A stretch of 50,170 nucleotides of DNA, taken from positions 29,576,334 through 29,626,503 of the forward strand of contig NC_069003.1 in assembly GCF_001194135.2 (NCBI RefSeq). Reading direction: 5' to 3'. This DNA comes from Octopus bimaculoides. Its lineage: Eukaryota. Position 1 is the stretch's first letter; every line of letters starts with the position of its first letter. A program made the translations under genes and the position numbers. The notes under the pieces were generated by a model. The model did no database searches. It worked only from the letters and a program-made list of their open reading frames with translations, and was not told the DNA's origin. Positions 36,490 to 49,697 of the stretch are shown here, in pieces.

Positions 36490-37686
36490 TTAGACGATAG
36501 GGATAGCATAGTTAGCTACAATTTAAATTGGTCAGCTATATGGCTTTTGATGCCATGGCTTTTGATACGCAAACACGTGCACAGGTTGCGCCACCTGTAA
36601 CGATTTCTAGGTGAACATGTGTGGGCTCTGTTTGTGAGACACGCCTTTCTGCAGCTTGTCTCCTTGACGGAGCTGCAGTCCTGGATAAAGGACAGGCCGA
36701 GACTAGGCACCTGGCACTTAGAATGTCATCAATCTCACTCTATCCTCTACAAGTCGGGCAATAGGATTCGTGGATGTTCCACTTTAGCTATATACAGAGG
36801 ATGATGTCCTCGGGGAGACCCTAGGCGTCGACGAAGACTGACTGGCAAGTCTATTCCGGAGGACTTCCTGGTCGGGAACTATTATGGATAAATTCCAGAT
36901 GCCTTTGGCTTGGCAGTGCTAACGAGATTGGGTGGCGGCGCTACTGATTCGAGATCAACTCTACAGGTACGGATGTGCTGTCGGACTGGCTTGTCCGAGG
37001 TGCATGCAGAACGAGGAAAGTGTTCTGCATGCATTCGTTCAGTGTCCGGGCTTTGCTGACTTGTGGTGTTTTGTCGAACAGCTGCTGTTGGTCATGGAAC
37101 GGATGCATTTGTCAGAAATTTCATAATGATGATTGTCCCGCCGCCCTCCTTTAATCGGGCAGGCAAGGAAGTTTTCTTTTGTCTGGTGGTTGTGGCGAAA
37201 GAGGTTGTCTGGTGACCGAGGCTGAAAGGAATGAGGACAGCCCTCATCGAATTTTTCGAGTTTTGCTTGAACAGGAAAATGAGGGTAGAGGGGGAGGTGC
37301 TGTCCTCGAGTGGATTTATGAAAAGGTGAGTGAAACTTGCGAAAATGGCATGAGTGCATGGTACCATTCTCAGTGTAGACCTGTGACTCGGAAGAAAGCA
37401 GTTGGAAAGGGCTCTTATCCTTGGTATTCAGGGTGGTCTTAGATGGTCGGATCCCTCGATTATCCCTTGAGGCCCTTCTGTATCAGGGGTAACACATCAC
37501 TATCTCTTTTCCACCTTCTTTTTCTAGTGTCGTATACCATATATGCTTCCTTTCTAATACACACCGAGTATAAGTTTTATTTTACCATTCCATCATATGT
37601 AAGCCCCACACACTTTGTCTGTCTTGTACTGTCCCCCTCATCCTTCGCCCTGGTGGCAAATAAAAGAAATCTTTATTATTATTATC
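36490..37686 (+). mobile_element. 5'-truncated Tx1/L1-clade LINE (ORF2 C-terminus with zinc knuckle, 3' UTR, AATAAA, TTA tail)
   Basis: MPWLLIRKHVHRLRHL...LQLVSLTELQSW; ACPRCMQNEESVLHAFVQCP (CxxC...HxxxxC); AATAAAAGAAATCTTTATTATTATT at about 37659-37686. Confidence 0.8.
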
Positions 37687-38359
37687 GTTGTTGTTGCTAC
37701 TGGAACTATTAATACTAATACTACATCGGCTATCACGTATTGATTTTTAGGTCGTATATAGACACACACACACATATATAGGTATGGATGTATATGTGTG
37801 TGTGTATGTGTGCATGGATATATATATATATATATATANNNNNNNNNNNNNNNNNNNNNNNNNNNNNNNNNNNNNNNNNNNNNNNNNNNNNNNNNNNNNN
37901 NNNNNNNNNNNNNNNNNNNNNNNNNNNNNNNNNNNNNNNNNNNNNNNNNNNNNNNNNNNNNNNNNNNNNNNNNNNNNNNNNNNNNNNNNNNNNNNNNNNN
38001 NNNNNNNNNNNNNNNNNNNNNNNNNNNNNNNNNNNNNNNNNNNNNNNNNNNNNNNNNNNNNNNNNNNNNNNNNNNNNNNNNNNNNNNNNNNNNNNNNNNN
38101 NNNNNNNNNNNNNNNNNNNNNNNNNNNNNNNNNNNNNNNNNNNNNNNNNNNNNNNNNNNNNNNNNNNNNNNNNNNNNNNNNNNNNNNNNNNNNNNNNNNN
38201 NNNNNNNNNNNNNNNNNNNNNNNNNNNNNNNNNNNNNNNNNNNNNNNNNNNNNNNNNNNNNNNNNNNNNNNNNNNNNNNNNNNTATATATATATATATAT
38301 GTGTGTGTAGACATATATTTATATATATATATATGCATATGTATATGTATATATATGTG

Positions 38360-38391
<32 letters not shown>

Positions 38392-39076
38392 TGTATGTAT
38401 GTATATAAATATGTGTGTGTGTGCGTGTATTTGAATGACTACTTCACGTTGTCTCCCAAATGGCATGTATGCCTGATTTCACTAATGGTATGTTTGTTTA
38501 TTGAAAGTGATATTTGTGCAAGATAGTTTTCCTTGTTCATACTCTGATAATATTGCAAAGAAATTGTAAAATATCTTCCATTTCAGATGACAATACAAAG
38601 CTGGAGTTAACTTTTCTCTTCAACAGAAGTTTGCATGAACAAAATATAACATGTACCTTTTTGTTTTTTCTTTTTAGTATTACACAGAGAAGTAAGTTAT
38701 GTGTAAGTCCGTATTTAAATGAATCAATTGTTATATAAATGGCAGAAGAATCTAAAGTACAGCTGCTGAAGGAGATTTTGTGATGTTTACCCTTTTCATA
38801 GTAGTGTCAGCAGAAAGAAAATCTATTAACAGTTGTTTGCAGTGTATTGAGATTCATACGATTTACGTTGTATTTCATTAGCTAATGGTCTATATGCTTA
38901 AGTCATTCTTCTTTTCTTTAGCCCTAGGACTCATAAGGCTTGTTACACGCTTTCCTTAACAAGACATATAATCCAATGCTAGGATTATAATCCAATGCTA
39001 GGAAACAAAAGCTCCTCTTATAAGGATGGAAACATCCAATTTTAAGTGATTTAACTGGGTTGATACATAATATAGT

Positions 39077-39460
39077 GTGGAAGGGCAATGGCCCAGTGGT
39101 TAGGGCAGCGGACTCGCGGTCATAGGACTGCGGTTTCGATTCCCAGACCGGCCGTTGCGAGTGTTTATTGAGCGAAAACACCTAAAGCTCCACAAGGCTC
39201 CGGCGGGGGATGGTGGCAAACCCTGCTGTACTCTTTCACTACAACTCACTCTTTCTTCCTGTTTCTGTTGTGCCTGTAATTCCAAAGGGCCAGCCTTGTC
39301 ACACTGTGTCACGCTGAATATCCCCCAAGAACTACGTTAAGGGTACACATGTCTGTGGAGTGCTCAGCCACTTGCACGTTAATTTCACGAGCAGGCTGTT
39401 CCGTTGATCGGATCAAATGGAACCCTCGTCGTCGTAAGCGACGGAGTGCCAACAACAACA
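39077..39460 (+). mobile_element. full-length SINE family C, (CAA)n tail, 12-bp TSD
   Basis: ACATAATATAGT at 39065-39076 and 39461-39472; A box TGGCCCAGTGG and B box GGTTTCGATTCCC. Confidence 0.92.
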
Positions 39461-39494
39461 ACATAATATAGTAGAAGTATTTTCTACAATACAA

Positions 39495-39643
39495 ATGAGT
39501 ATTCTTTCTTTTTATTCTTTTACTTGTTTCAGTCATCTGACTGTGGCCATGCTGGAGCACCGCCCTTAGTCGAACAAATCGACCCCATGACTTATTCTTT
39601 GTTAGCCTAGTACTTATTCTATCGGTTCTTTTGCCAAACCGCT
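39495..39643 (-). mobile_element. SINE family A tail running into a gap
   Basis: CTTTTACTTGTTTCAGTCATCTGACTGTGGCCATGCTGGAGCACCGCC. Confidence 0.85.
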
Positions 39644-41300
39644 NNNNNNNNNNNNNNNNNNNNNNNNNNNNNNNNNNNNNNNNNNNNNNNNNNNNNNNNN
39701 NNNNNNNNNNNNNNNNNNNNNNNNNNNNNNNNNNNNNNNNNNNNNNNNNNNNNNNNNNNNNNNNNNNNNNNNNNNNNNNNNNNNNNNNNNNNNNNNNNNN
39801 NNNNNNNNNNNNNNNNNNNNNNNNNNNNNNNNNNNNNNNNNNNNNNNNNNNNNNNNNNNNNNNNNNNNNNNNNNNNNNNNNNNNNNNNNNNNNNNNNNNN
39901 NNNNNNNNNNNNNNNNNNNNNNNNNNNNNNNNNNNNNNNNNNNNNNNNNNNNNNNNNNNNNNNNNNNNNNNNNNNNNNNNNNNNNNNNNNNNNNNNNNNN
40001 NNNNNNNNNNNNNNNNNNNNNNNNNNNNNNNNNNNNNNNNNNNNNNNNNNNNNNNNNNNNNNNNNNNNNNNNNNNNNNNNNNNNNNNNNNNNNNNNNNNN
40101 NNNNNNNNNNNNNNNNNNNNNNNNNTTTGTCAAGAATCATGAATCCATACTCAAGACAAAAGTCTATAGTCCATGACGGTTCTATTTATTCTACATACAG
40201 CTGAACATTTTCCACACGCCATTCCCTTTTATTACAGAACAGTGATTACGTTGACAGGCTGTGGCTATATACGTATTCCTAAATATGAAATATCTGAAAA
40301 AATCATAGAATGTTATAGCATGAATACATTCTGATCGTAGATTTGTTTTTATCTAGGATTGACTTAGGGCTAAAGTAACAAAACAATTCATGTAAAAGGG
40401 ATTCCAGAGAGATGGCAATCTGAATAAGAAAGAGAGAGTTTGGTGGGTGGTCTTGGATTTGAGAGAAAAGACAGGAGAATTTGATGACAAGATAAGGAGA
40501 TGCTCGTCTGTATTGTGAACTTGTGAAAAGGTTATATACAAGTAGCTAGGGTCTGTTGTGTAATTTATAATTAATACACAAACGCAACGGCGTCGATAAA
40601 ATCAAATTCGAAAGCGTATGAATAATTTGATATTTTAATACAAACATACAAACAAGCATACATGGATATTTGTACAGTACCATGAGAGAAACACTTAAGA
40701 ATAATGAAAGCAATTAAACGTAGCAAACAAAACAAATGCTAATTTATATGTTTGCTAATGAGCCATTAAAATTATGAGAGTTATTTTGTAAATTGAATTT
40801 TAATTATGAAACCCCAAGTGTCATTGTAATTATATGAATCAGGTAAAAGGGGGAATCATTGAATGACATACCATCATGTTTGTTGTTTTCTTTCTCCAAA
40901 TAAGAGGAAAAACTTCAATTAATTGCGAAATTTTCCGTTCATTATTTTGCACATTGCTGTTTACCTGATTCGTCTAATTAAATGCTATTAGCCCACTTTA
41001 GTTATTTCCCTTAGCTCATCTCATTATATCTATATTTTCAATTATTCAGTTATATATTTTAGTAGGGGAGGAGGTCAGGCAGCATAATGTAAACAGTGTT
41101 GTAAGACCTACAGTGTGTTCAGGATAAATTTGACGAATTTCTATGTATCTTTTTTGTTTGTTTGTTTGTTTTAGGAACAGTTTGATACATTAGTGAACAG
41201 TCAACGGCTCTGGAGAGCATAAAAACAAAAGTTGTAGTTGAAAATTGGTTAAATAACATGGAGGAATGGAAGTCATTTGAATATATTGGAAAAGAGTTAC

Positions 41301-41362
41301 CTGTATCATCTTGATTCACGCCAGGTTTCAAACTGCCGACATCAAGACTTATTCTCAATGCC
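41301..41362 (-). CDS. candidate internal exon, 62 nt, phase 2/1 (ALRISLDVGSLKPGVNQDDT)
   Basis: tctttactctgtttgcag| acceptor and CAG|gtaact donor, both strong; only one frame is open. Protein not recognised. Confidence 0.6.
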
Positions 41363-41399
41363 CTGCAAACAGAGTAAAGAATTTAACGTGACATGGACA

Positions 41400-41981
41400 G
41401 CTGCAACGGAGACTACGATGTCTTGACCAGCAGGAAGTGACGAAGCATTTATTCTGATTCTGGTTTTCTCTCCGCAACTTTGAACAGAACCTTAAGGTCA
41501 ATTTCAACGGCTTTGTAATGCTGCTGGGGACTGTAAACAAATCCTTGTTGTAGACGGTTACCACTGGAAGGTCACATTTGTTGCAGCAGGATTCAGATCC
41601 TTACCAATCCTCCTGAAAGAATCAGAAATGGGTGTTGGAGAAGTTGTACTACTTCACCAGCTCCAATTTCTAACCTGTAATCCCCCGCGATTATAATCCC
41701 ATGGACTGCTATGTATCATGTGCGTTTGAGAAAGACATCAACTGCTTTGCCTGCAGCACCAAGGCCGAGTTAGTGGCTATGCTCAAGGGGGTTTCCAAAG
41801 ATTTTCCCATCGATAAAATGAGGAACGCATGCACCAGGTTCCGGAACCGTCTTAAGGAAGCTGAGGGCGACTACTTTAAATAAATTATCTCCCAGTAATA
41901 GTCTAAAAGATATTTTCTGAATTTTTAAAATACATTTTTTTAATTTTTGGCTGTACATATCTGTATTTAAAATCACGCCTG
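41400..41981 (+). mobile_element. Tc1/mariner DD37D (maT) transposase pseudogene, 3' part
   Basis: QQDSDP (D at 41590) to DYNPMD (D at 41704) is separated by 37 codons, followed by NACTRFRNRLKEAEGDYFK*; in-frame stops at Trp-like positions; possible TIR remnant ...AATCACGCCTGT. Confidence 0.85.
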
Positions 41982-42269
41982 TCCAAGGTCAAAGTGCTTC
42001 TTACAGGGAGGCCAACATTAACTATACACGGAGAGGAGACAGACACCATTTAGTTACTTGCTTATTGAAACATCGTATGATGATGAAAACAGTCTTAAAT
42101 ATCATACTGGATTTGTCGTGATAGAAGCTCTTTGCCTCCTTGTCTCTCTCAAAAAGATTCAATAAATAGTTCACCAGATCTGATGTTAAAGCTATATAAA
42201 ATCTCCTTTATAATTACTACTTTGAATGTATGAACGCTTTAGCAATAACAGAAACAAAAATAACTGATT

Positions 42270-42770
42270 TATGAGATAGAAAGTAATTCTTGGGATATTG
42301 CAGGATTTGCTAAAACTGATTGTCAAAATGTGGAGAACTTATAAAAATATGCATAAATGTGATTTATGATGCGAAAGCAAACATGAAAAGATTGAAGTTT
42401 TCTTCGTGTATAAAAATATCTTTAAATCAGTAATACGTAACACAACGATTTTTAGTAGGATGTGTACAATGAGATTGATTGCTAAACCAAACATCTCAAT
42501 TATCCAGATTTATGTTCCAACAGTTGATTACAGCAGTGCAGAAATGGAGTTATTACATAAGATCTGGTAAACAATGGGCGAACAAAAAAACAAAGACGTA
42601 CTTGTAATTTAAAATGACAATTATGCATAAGATTGAATCAGATGTTCACCACACTTAGTGACGAAACAATCGGAATGAGTTAGAAAAAAAAAGAAACAAA
42701 CAGCAGGGGAATAAGATTAGTTGAATTTTCAGAATAGTACAAACTAATTGCAGCCAGCACAATACATCAA
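42270..42770 (+). mobile_element. RTE-clade LINE endonuclease remnant
   Basis: SRMCTMRLIAKPNISIIQIYVPTVDYSSAEME (42454-42550); shares CAAAATGTGGAGAA...TGTGATTT...AAAGCAAACATGAAAA with 3100-3200 on the minus strand. Confidence 0.75.
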
Positions 42771-45169
42771 CGCAAAGCATTAAGAACAATAACATGGCAA
42801 CCACACAAAGGGATGTATAATAAACAGACCAAATTGGTTCTCGTTATCCATGATACTAAATGGAGCTAAAATATGAGTGTTCCAGAGAGCGATATTATTT
42901 TGCTCTTCGTTTAAATGGGCGAAGGTTGGAGCTTATGACTCTTCGATTTTTGGCTATCTACTGCCACCAACTCCATGTTACAAGATTCGTACGAAGACAG
43001 GAGGAGATTATCCTGACACCAAATACCTGTTTCGGATTTTCGCAACACAGTGAACTTTGTTGAAGACGCGCGAATACAGATGGTGGATTAAATCAGATGA
43101 TGGATTAAGTATACCATTTGTGAAATCATTACACAATAATCAAAATAAATACCCAGAGCATCTAGTCTGCCGCTCAAAGTATTCTACCAATACCCTACCT
43201 TTAACTGTAGTTTATCGATCTCGAAAGGATATAATGTAAAGCTGATATCGGCGGGATTTCAACTCCGAGTGCACTGACCCGTAACAAATTCTACGGGTTA
43301 TTTTGTCCTCCTTTTTAACGTCTTTGCTACTTCACGACCCGATATGAGTGGTAATTGCTTACGTTTAATGATGACAATGAATGAAAGCTCAAGAAGCAAT
43401 AAAATTCTCTCAAGAAGCAATAAAATTCAAGAATAATATCTGTGTTCTTAGAAATTTAAAGATTCGAACTTATAAATTAATGCAGAGATATGAGAAAATT
43501 CACACCTTTATTATCCTTAAATGTAAAAATTCAAAAATTAACGAGAGCATTCTAAGAAATTATAGCAACAAAAGACGATGAAATTATTGGTAAAAGGTAG
43601 AAAGCGAAAAAAATCCCTTGCCAAATAGAAAAGTATTAACTTGCCATAAAAGAAGTGATCGTAAAAAGAAATTATATGAAAATAACACAGAGCGAATGGA
43701 ACGTTGATTGGCCAAGGAATAGAAATTAAAACGAAAGAAAATAGAGCAGCAAAAATTAATGACAGAGCAATAACCGAAGAAATTTGTACGAAATAGTTAA
43801 GGACGTAACCAAACAATTGTGACTCCAATGTTAAGTCTTAAAGATAAATATGGTATTCTACTAACCAAAGCAAATGACGTAACCGACTGATGGAGGATAT
43901 TCTGAAGGTTTTCATAGTCGTAAATAACAGGAAAATAGGAACAGGTTAAAACAAAGAAAAACTACCTTTCATATCGAATTACTTCAAATTCATAGTGTCT
44001 TTGAATAAAATTAGGATAGAGCCGTCTATAGGCAGAGGCTGAATAGCAAAAGGAGAATAAAACATTATTGGATTCAAGAATATGAAAGAAACACTGGACA
44101 ACAGCAAAAGAGATGAAGAGAAGATTTAGATAGTTTGACAAAAGAAATTGGTGTTCAGAAAATAAGTACAGAAAGTTATAGAAAACTGCTAGAATCACTT
44201 TCTTAACTTTGAATAGTTCTAGGGTGGAGATGGCTTCGTTAGAGATTCTCAACGCGAGTCAATGTACTGTTGATTACCGGCATGCCTTGCTTACGGGACA
44301 GTTGCATACGGACATCCGGTTTCTGAGTGGATTTTGATGTACAAGTTCTATAAAGACTGGGAAAATGAGTTTGTATTCGAGTTGACAATTAGAGATTATT
44401 TCAGATCTTGTGTTTGAAGTGTCTGTTGTATGAATAGTAGAATTTGTTTTCATAGTTAGAAAGAAATTTAAGCAAGTTTTCTTGTTACTAAAAATTATTA
44501 TTATTGTGTGTAGCAAGTATACCAGGCCACTCAGTAAGAGCAAAGTTTCATAAAGCAATTACGTAGACACTAATCTGAAGAATCTCATCAACACATAAGC
44601 TGTATGGGTCATAGTAGTAACTTCCTAAATAAAGAGCTATGCTTTTGCAAAATCAATGCAAAACTGATTCACTGCTCTTCCACGCTAGAGTGTCGTTTCC
44701 AGGAGACACATATTCACCTAGATAACACAGTGCAATATTAGAGAAAATCTTCAAGAGCTAATATTTAAATGATAATTAAATGACAAATGATAAGATTACC
44801 TTTAGATATACAATCAAAAGAACCATCACTACCTTTTCAATTTATATATGGTATTTGAAAGATCAAACTGAACTTTAATATGACATTCCAGCAACAATTA
44901 CACACCCTGTTTGTATTTCTGTCATCTCTGTGATTATGAAAAATACTTCAACCTTTCCAGAATAATAGATGCTGCAAATAACTTATAAAGTTCTCGGCTA
45001 AAGTACGAATGTAAAAAGTATTTGTACTCTCCCAAGACGAGAGCTGAACGTGCGAGATGCCAACAGCTAAAAACTCACACAGTTATGTGTCTCTAATTAG
45101 CTTGTACATTTAGTATCACAGTGGCTCAATAGCACAGAATTATTGTTGCCAGAATATGGTTTATACCTG

Positions 45170-45545
45170 TTACCTTTTACTTGTTTCAGTCATTAGAACG
45201 AGGCCATGCTGGGGCACCGCAACGGTGTAGTCAGAGAAATCGATCACAATATCGATGATTTTCTGAGTTGGTTACAATTTTTTTCGGTCATTTTTAGTCG
45301 AACCGTTAATTAATGAGCACAAAGAAGCAAGCACACGGATATATACACACATTCATGTAGATAGATACATACATACGTTCATAGATAAATAGACAGACAT
45401 ACGACGGGCTTCTTTTAGTTTCCATCTACCAGATCAATCCACAAAGCTTTGGTCGGCCTAGGATTCTACTAACACATTTTCGGAAGCTGCCACTCGGAAC
45501 CATGAACTCGGAACCATGTGGTTGAGAAATAAACTTCTTAATGCG
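45170..45545 (-). mobile_element. full-length degenerate SINE family A
   Basis: Tail 45170-45340, internal (TAGA/TACA)n, head ACGACGGGCTTCTTTTAGTTTCC...GGAACCATGTGGTTG. Confidence 0.8.
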
Positions 45546-46519
45546 TAGACACCAGATATGTATCGTAAAAATATACTTCAAATATATTTCCCACCAGAAA
45601 TGTAGCTTAAAAATGTTGGCACTCCATCGCTTACGACGTCGAGGGTTCCAGTTTCACGGAATAGCCTGCTCGTGAAATTAAATATAATCAGCGATGCTCC
45701 GACCTCTGATGCTAGGTTTCAGACAAAATGAACAAAGTACTATAACCGATCAAACAAGCCCCGCTAATTACATGGTTGAGTTTGTTTTCTAAGAAAGAAA
45801 AAACTAAACTGCTATTTCTAGCACGTCTAGTGACCATGTACACGCTTGGAGTCTCAACCTCTTGGGTCCAGAAAATATTGTCAATGATTATACTTGATAC
45901 ATTTGTTCCATTTAAATACTACCTCTAAGAAAATACGTCACATTAGAGCAAGTATATTCGATACATTATCATGAATAAATAGTGTGCACACCGATATCTT
46001 GTATCTAGTTGCGAGACATCACTCATTAGACAAATGTACTTTTTAATAACGGTGTATTTCATTTCCCACATGCATAATTAGCGCTGCACCTAACAAATAA
46101 TCATAGTTAATTACATGTATTTGGTGTCATTTGAACTCAATGAAGAATCAAGTACGTATCTCACGAAGTAGTAATTCACTATTTTAAATCGCCATCTTTC
46201 TGTCGGCATTCCTTAATTGTGGTGCGTTCAGTTCTCTCATTATTCTCTGGAACTTTCTGTGATACGTGTAAAATATCAATTTCAAGTTATAATTTTATTA
46301 CTTTTCATAGTCTGTCGAATCCAAGAACGACGAATCCACAAGTTCTTGCTAAGCAATCTGCACTGATTGTTTGTTTATATATTGATCCTATGTTTGTGCT
46401 GTACAGGAGGTAACGAGTGCGCAATGTGCCACACATCAGATGTCTCGAGTTGATCGCAGAGCAACGGTGAAATGAAGTGTTTTGTTCAGGAACACAAACT
46501 CACTGCCCTGTCCAGGAAT

Positions 46520-46765
46520 CATCTATAGAACGCCTTTGTGGAATTGAAGTCGCAGAAGTTTAGTCCCGGACGGCAGAGTTGCTTATGAGCAACGCCGCAC
46601 TCACGGTGCCATTCGCCTAGCTTCGGTCTCTGTTTTATCCACGACTGCAGTTCGGCCAAAGAGACGAGCTGCGGAAAAGCGCGCCGCACAAACGGTGACC
46701 GCACTTGTTCACCGTCGTCTATGAAACGCCGGAGATGTCGCAGTCTCAGTGCATGTCTGCGCATT
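46520..46765 (-). mobile_element. internal fragment of the same Tx1/L1-like LINE lineage as 36490-37686
   Basis: LMRRHALRLRHLRRFIDDGEQVRSPFVRRAFPQLVSLAELQSWIKQRPKLGEWHREC aligns with the 36570-36725 translation; abuts (GACA)n at 46770-46870. Confidence 0.8.
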
Positions 46766-46809
46766 AGACAGATAGATAGACAGACAGGCAGACAGACAGG
46801 CAGGTAGGC

Positions 46810-46864
<55 letters not shown>

Positions 46865-47934
46865 TAGATAGATGTGCCGTGCGTGTGTTTTTGTATCAGT
46901 GTTTTCCCCATAGCCACAGGTGTTCGTTTGATTGCGTCTCCGTAAATTAGGTGATGCTAGATTGATCATCGATAGACTTATTTCTACCACTAAACTCTTA
47001 AATTCCATGCCCCAGCATAGCCGCAAATTAATGATTGCAGCAAGTAAACGGTAAACGATAAAAGTTTGAAGATTATAATACTACGACGAGTTTTTTTGTT
47101 TTTTTGTTTTTTTTTATAATCCTCCTTAACATTTACATTCTTCAAATTATTTTTTAATTATGTTTGTGTAAAGTCATTAAGTAGGCAACATAGTAAAACA
47201 TAATCAGTTTCTATTACATTGATTATATTCGAAAGAATGCTCAGAAGAACAGAAAAGATATAATATAAAAATATAATGGACGAGCTTTAAGTAAAAGATT
47301 TCGTTTTTGTTTCTTACGTTTATTTATCACTGCATTATTGATAATTTGAAAATGAAAACTAGACACTGGTTTATTCCAATTACAAAGATAAATGAATTTG
47401 TTTAAACAGAACAACAGAACAATATTGAAAACGGTTTCGTTTGTGTTTTGTTTTTCATTTACTTATATTTGTTTGTTAATTTTTAACAAAAAAAAAATTA
47501 TATATTTTTCTGGCTGAACTATCAATATTTGCAAGTTATTTCCTGATAATTAAACTTGATTTTCGATGATTCTTTATTTCCAATATGTTAATTAAAATAC
47601 CATATTTGACAATTTAAGTGTACATGAGGATTCTTTCAATTCATTTTTCGAACAAGCAACTTTAGATGTAATTGTCTGCTGATTTTATTTAGTGTGTAAA
47701 ATGTAATGTTTTTTTTTCTTTTCTTTTCTTTTACTCTTTGGTAATTATTTCGTTTCCAGTCAATAAAATAAACGTTGATCAATACAATTAAACTACATTA
47801 AAGCAGTTTAAGCCGGCAAACGTAACAATATAAAAATTATCGGTCTCCAAGGAATGAAACGACCAGCCCATTAAGCAAACGCGCGCGCGCGCGCGCACAA
47901 ACACACACACACACAAACACACAGGTATACATTT

Positions 47935-48150
47935 CTTTTATTTTTGGCTTCAATCACTAGGCGGCTGCCATGCTGAAGTACCATTTTGAAGAATTCTTGT
48001 CGAACGGATCGACCCCACCACCAGAACTTTTTTTTAATCTGGTACTTATTCAATCGGTTATTTTGCCGAAGTGCTAAGTAACGGTAACGTACACAAACCA
48101 ACGCCTTTTGTCCAACGATGGCACTGGAAAAACTAAAACACACACACACA
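47935..48150 (-). mobile_element. SINE family A tail
   Basis: GGCTGCCATGCTGAAGTACC...GGATCGACCCC...TTTTGCCGAAGTGCTAAGTAACGG. Confidence 0.8.
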
Positions 48151-48622
48151 CTCATATATANNNNNNNNNNNNNNNNNNNNNNNNNNNNNNNNNNNNNNNN
48201 NNNNNNNNNNNNNNNNNNNNNNNNNNNNNNNNNNNNNNNNNNNNNNNNNNNNNNNNNNNNNNNNNNNNNNNNNNNNNNNNNNNNNNNNNNNNNNNNNNNN
48301 NNNNNNNNNNNNNNNNNNNNNNNNNNNNNNNNNNNNNNNNNNNNNNNNNNNNNNNNNNNNNNNNNNNNNNNNNNNNNNNNNNNNNNNNNNNNNNNNNNNN
48401 NNNNNNNNNNNNNNNNNNNNNNNNNNNNNNNNNNNNNNNNNNNNNNNNNNNNNNNNNNNNNNNNNNNNNNNNNNNNNNNNNNNNNNNNNNNNNNNNNNNN
48501 NNNNNNNNNNNNNNNNNNNNNNNNNNNNNNNNNNNNNNNNNNNNNNNNNNNNNNNNNNNNNNNNNNNNNNNNNNNNNNNNNNNNNNNNNNNNNNNNNNNN
48601 NNNNNNNNNNNNNNNNNNNNNN

Positions 48623-48657
<35 letters not shown>

Positions 48658-49658
48658 AGAAGTGTAGGTTATTGGTTCTACCAAACAGGGAGCAACACAA
48701 GATCGGATCTGTTTTTTTGTTTTTTAATATAACGTAAGGTTTTCATACCACCACTACAGTCTTATATTATTAATGCAGTGTACCTCTTAGGCATTACTTT
48801 CCAATGCGTTTTTCAAAGACAGTAATAAGTAATTTGAGAGAACATTGTTTATAATTTCCTTGAAGGCCGGGAGGCCTGGTAGAGATTCCCTGTGTGGCTC
48901 GTATACAAATCAAATATTTATGTACCTCCGTTGCTTAGACAGCTCTCTATCGGATGTAATGTTCGCGAATATGTGGTTGTTTAATTTAATATAACATAAA
49001 CCCAAGAAATCTCTTCGTGACCGCACGATCCGCATGAAACAACAGCTAAATCTTCATAAAATCACATCCTTCTGTTTTACAAAATCTAAAATATTGATAA
49101 CGACGTCATACATGCACTACACCTGAGAAACAGAATATGGGAAGGTCACGACTAGACTGTTTTTCATCGTAGATCTTCATGAGTGTTTACCCAGGGTTAA
49201 ACAGCAACAATATATGATTCATAAAACTCTGAGCCCAAAACCTGAAATTAGTATGAGGTATACAGTGTGTTATTGTTGTTGTTGCTGTTGCTGCTTTTGC
49301 TACTGTTGTTATTGTTGTTGAGGCTGCTGTTGTTGTTGTTCATTCTTCTTCTTGTTGTCAGTGTCGTTCTAGGTGACTGATGGCCATCATATTTAGTATA
49401 GCAAAACATGGTGCCACACCAGTAACCATCAGATATGTTTATCAAATTCTACATAATTCCATGTAGTATATATCTATACCACATGATACTGCCTAATTCT
49501 GTGTGCTCTTTTCTCTAAAAGAGGTGCGTGTAATGCTGTATGATATTTGAAATACCTGCATTTGTCTGAGTTGTTCAAATACACGTCACTACCCACCATC
49601 CCGTGTTATTTCTCTTCGTTCCTTTTTGCATAAGTTATGCAAAGATCAGACAACTGTG

Positions 49659-49697
49659 GTGCTGATGACAGCTATTCAGGCAGAAACACGTGTCCAT
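49659..49697 (+). ncRNA. hammerhead-like motif (minimal type I, stem II degenerate)
   Basis: GTG-CTGATGA-CAGCTATTCAGGCA-GAA-ACACGTGT-C-CAT: 3-bp stem I, palindromic stem III, GUC site. Confidence 0.45.

Noticed and set aside
38967-39003. 19-bp tandem duplication (also 21 bp at about 43390-43430)
   Set aside because: Ordinary slippage duplications.
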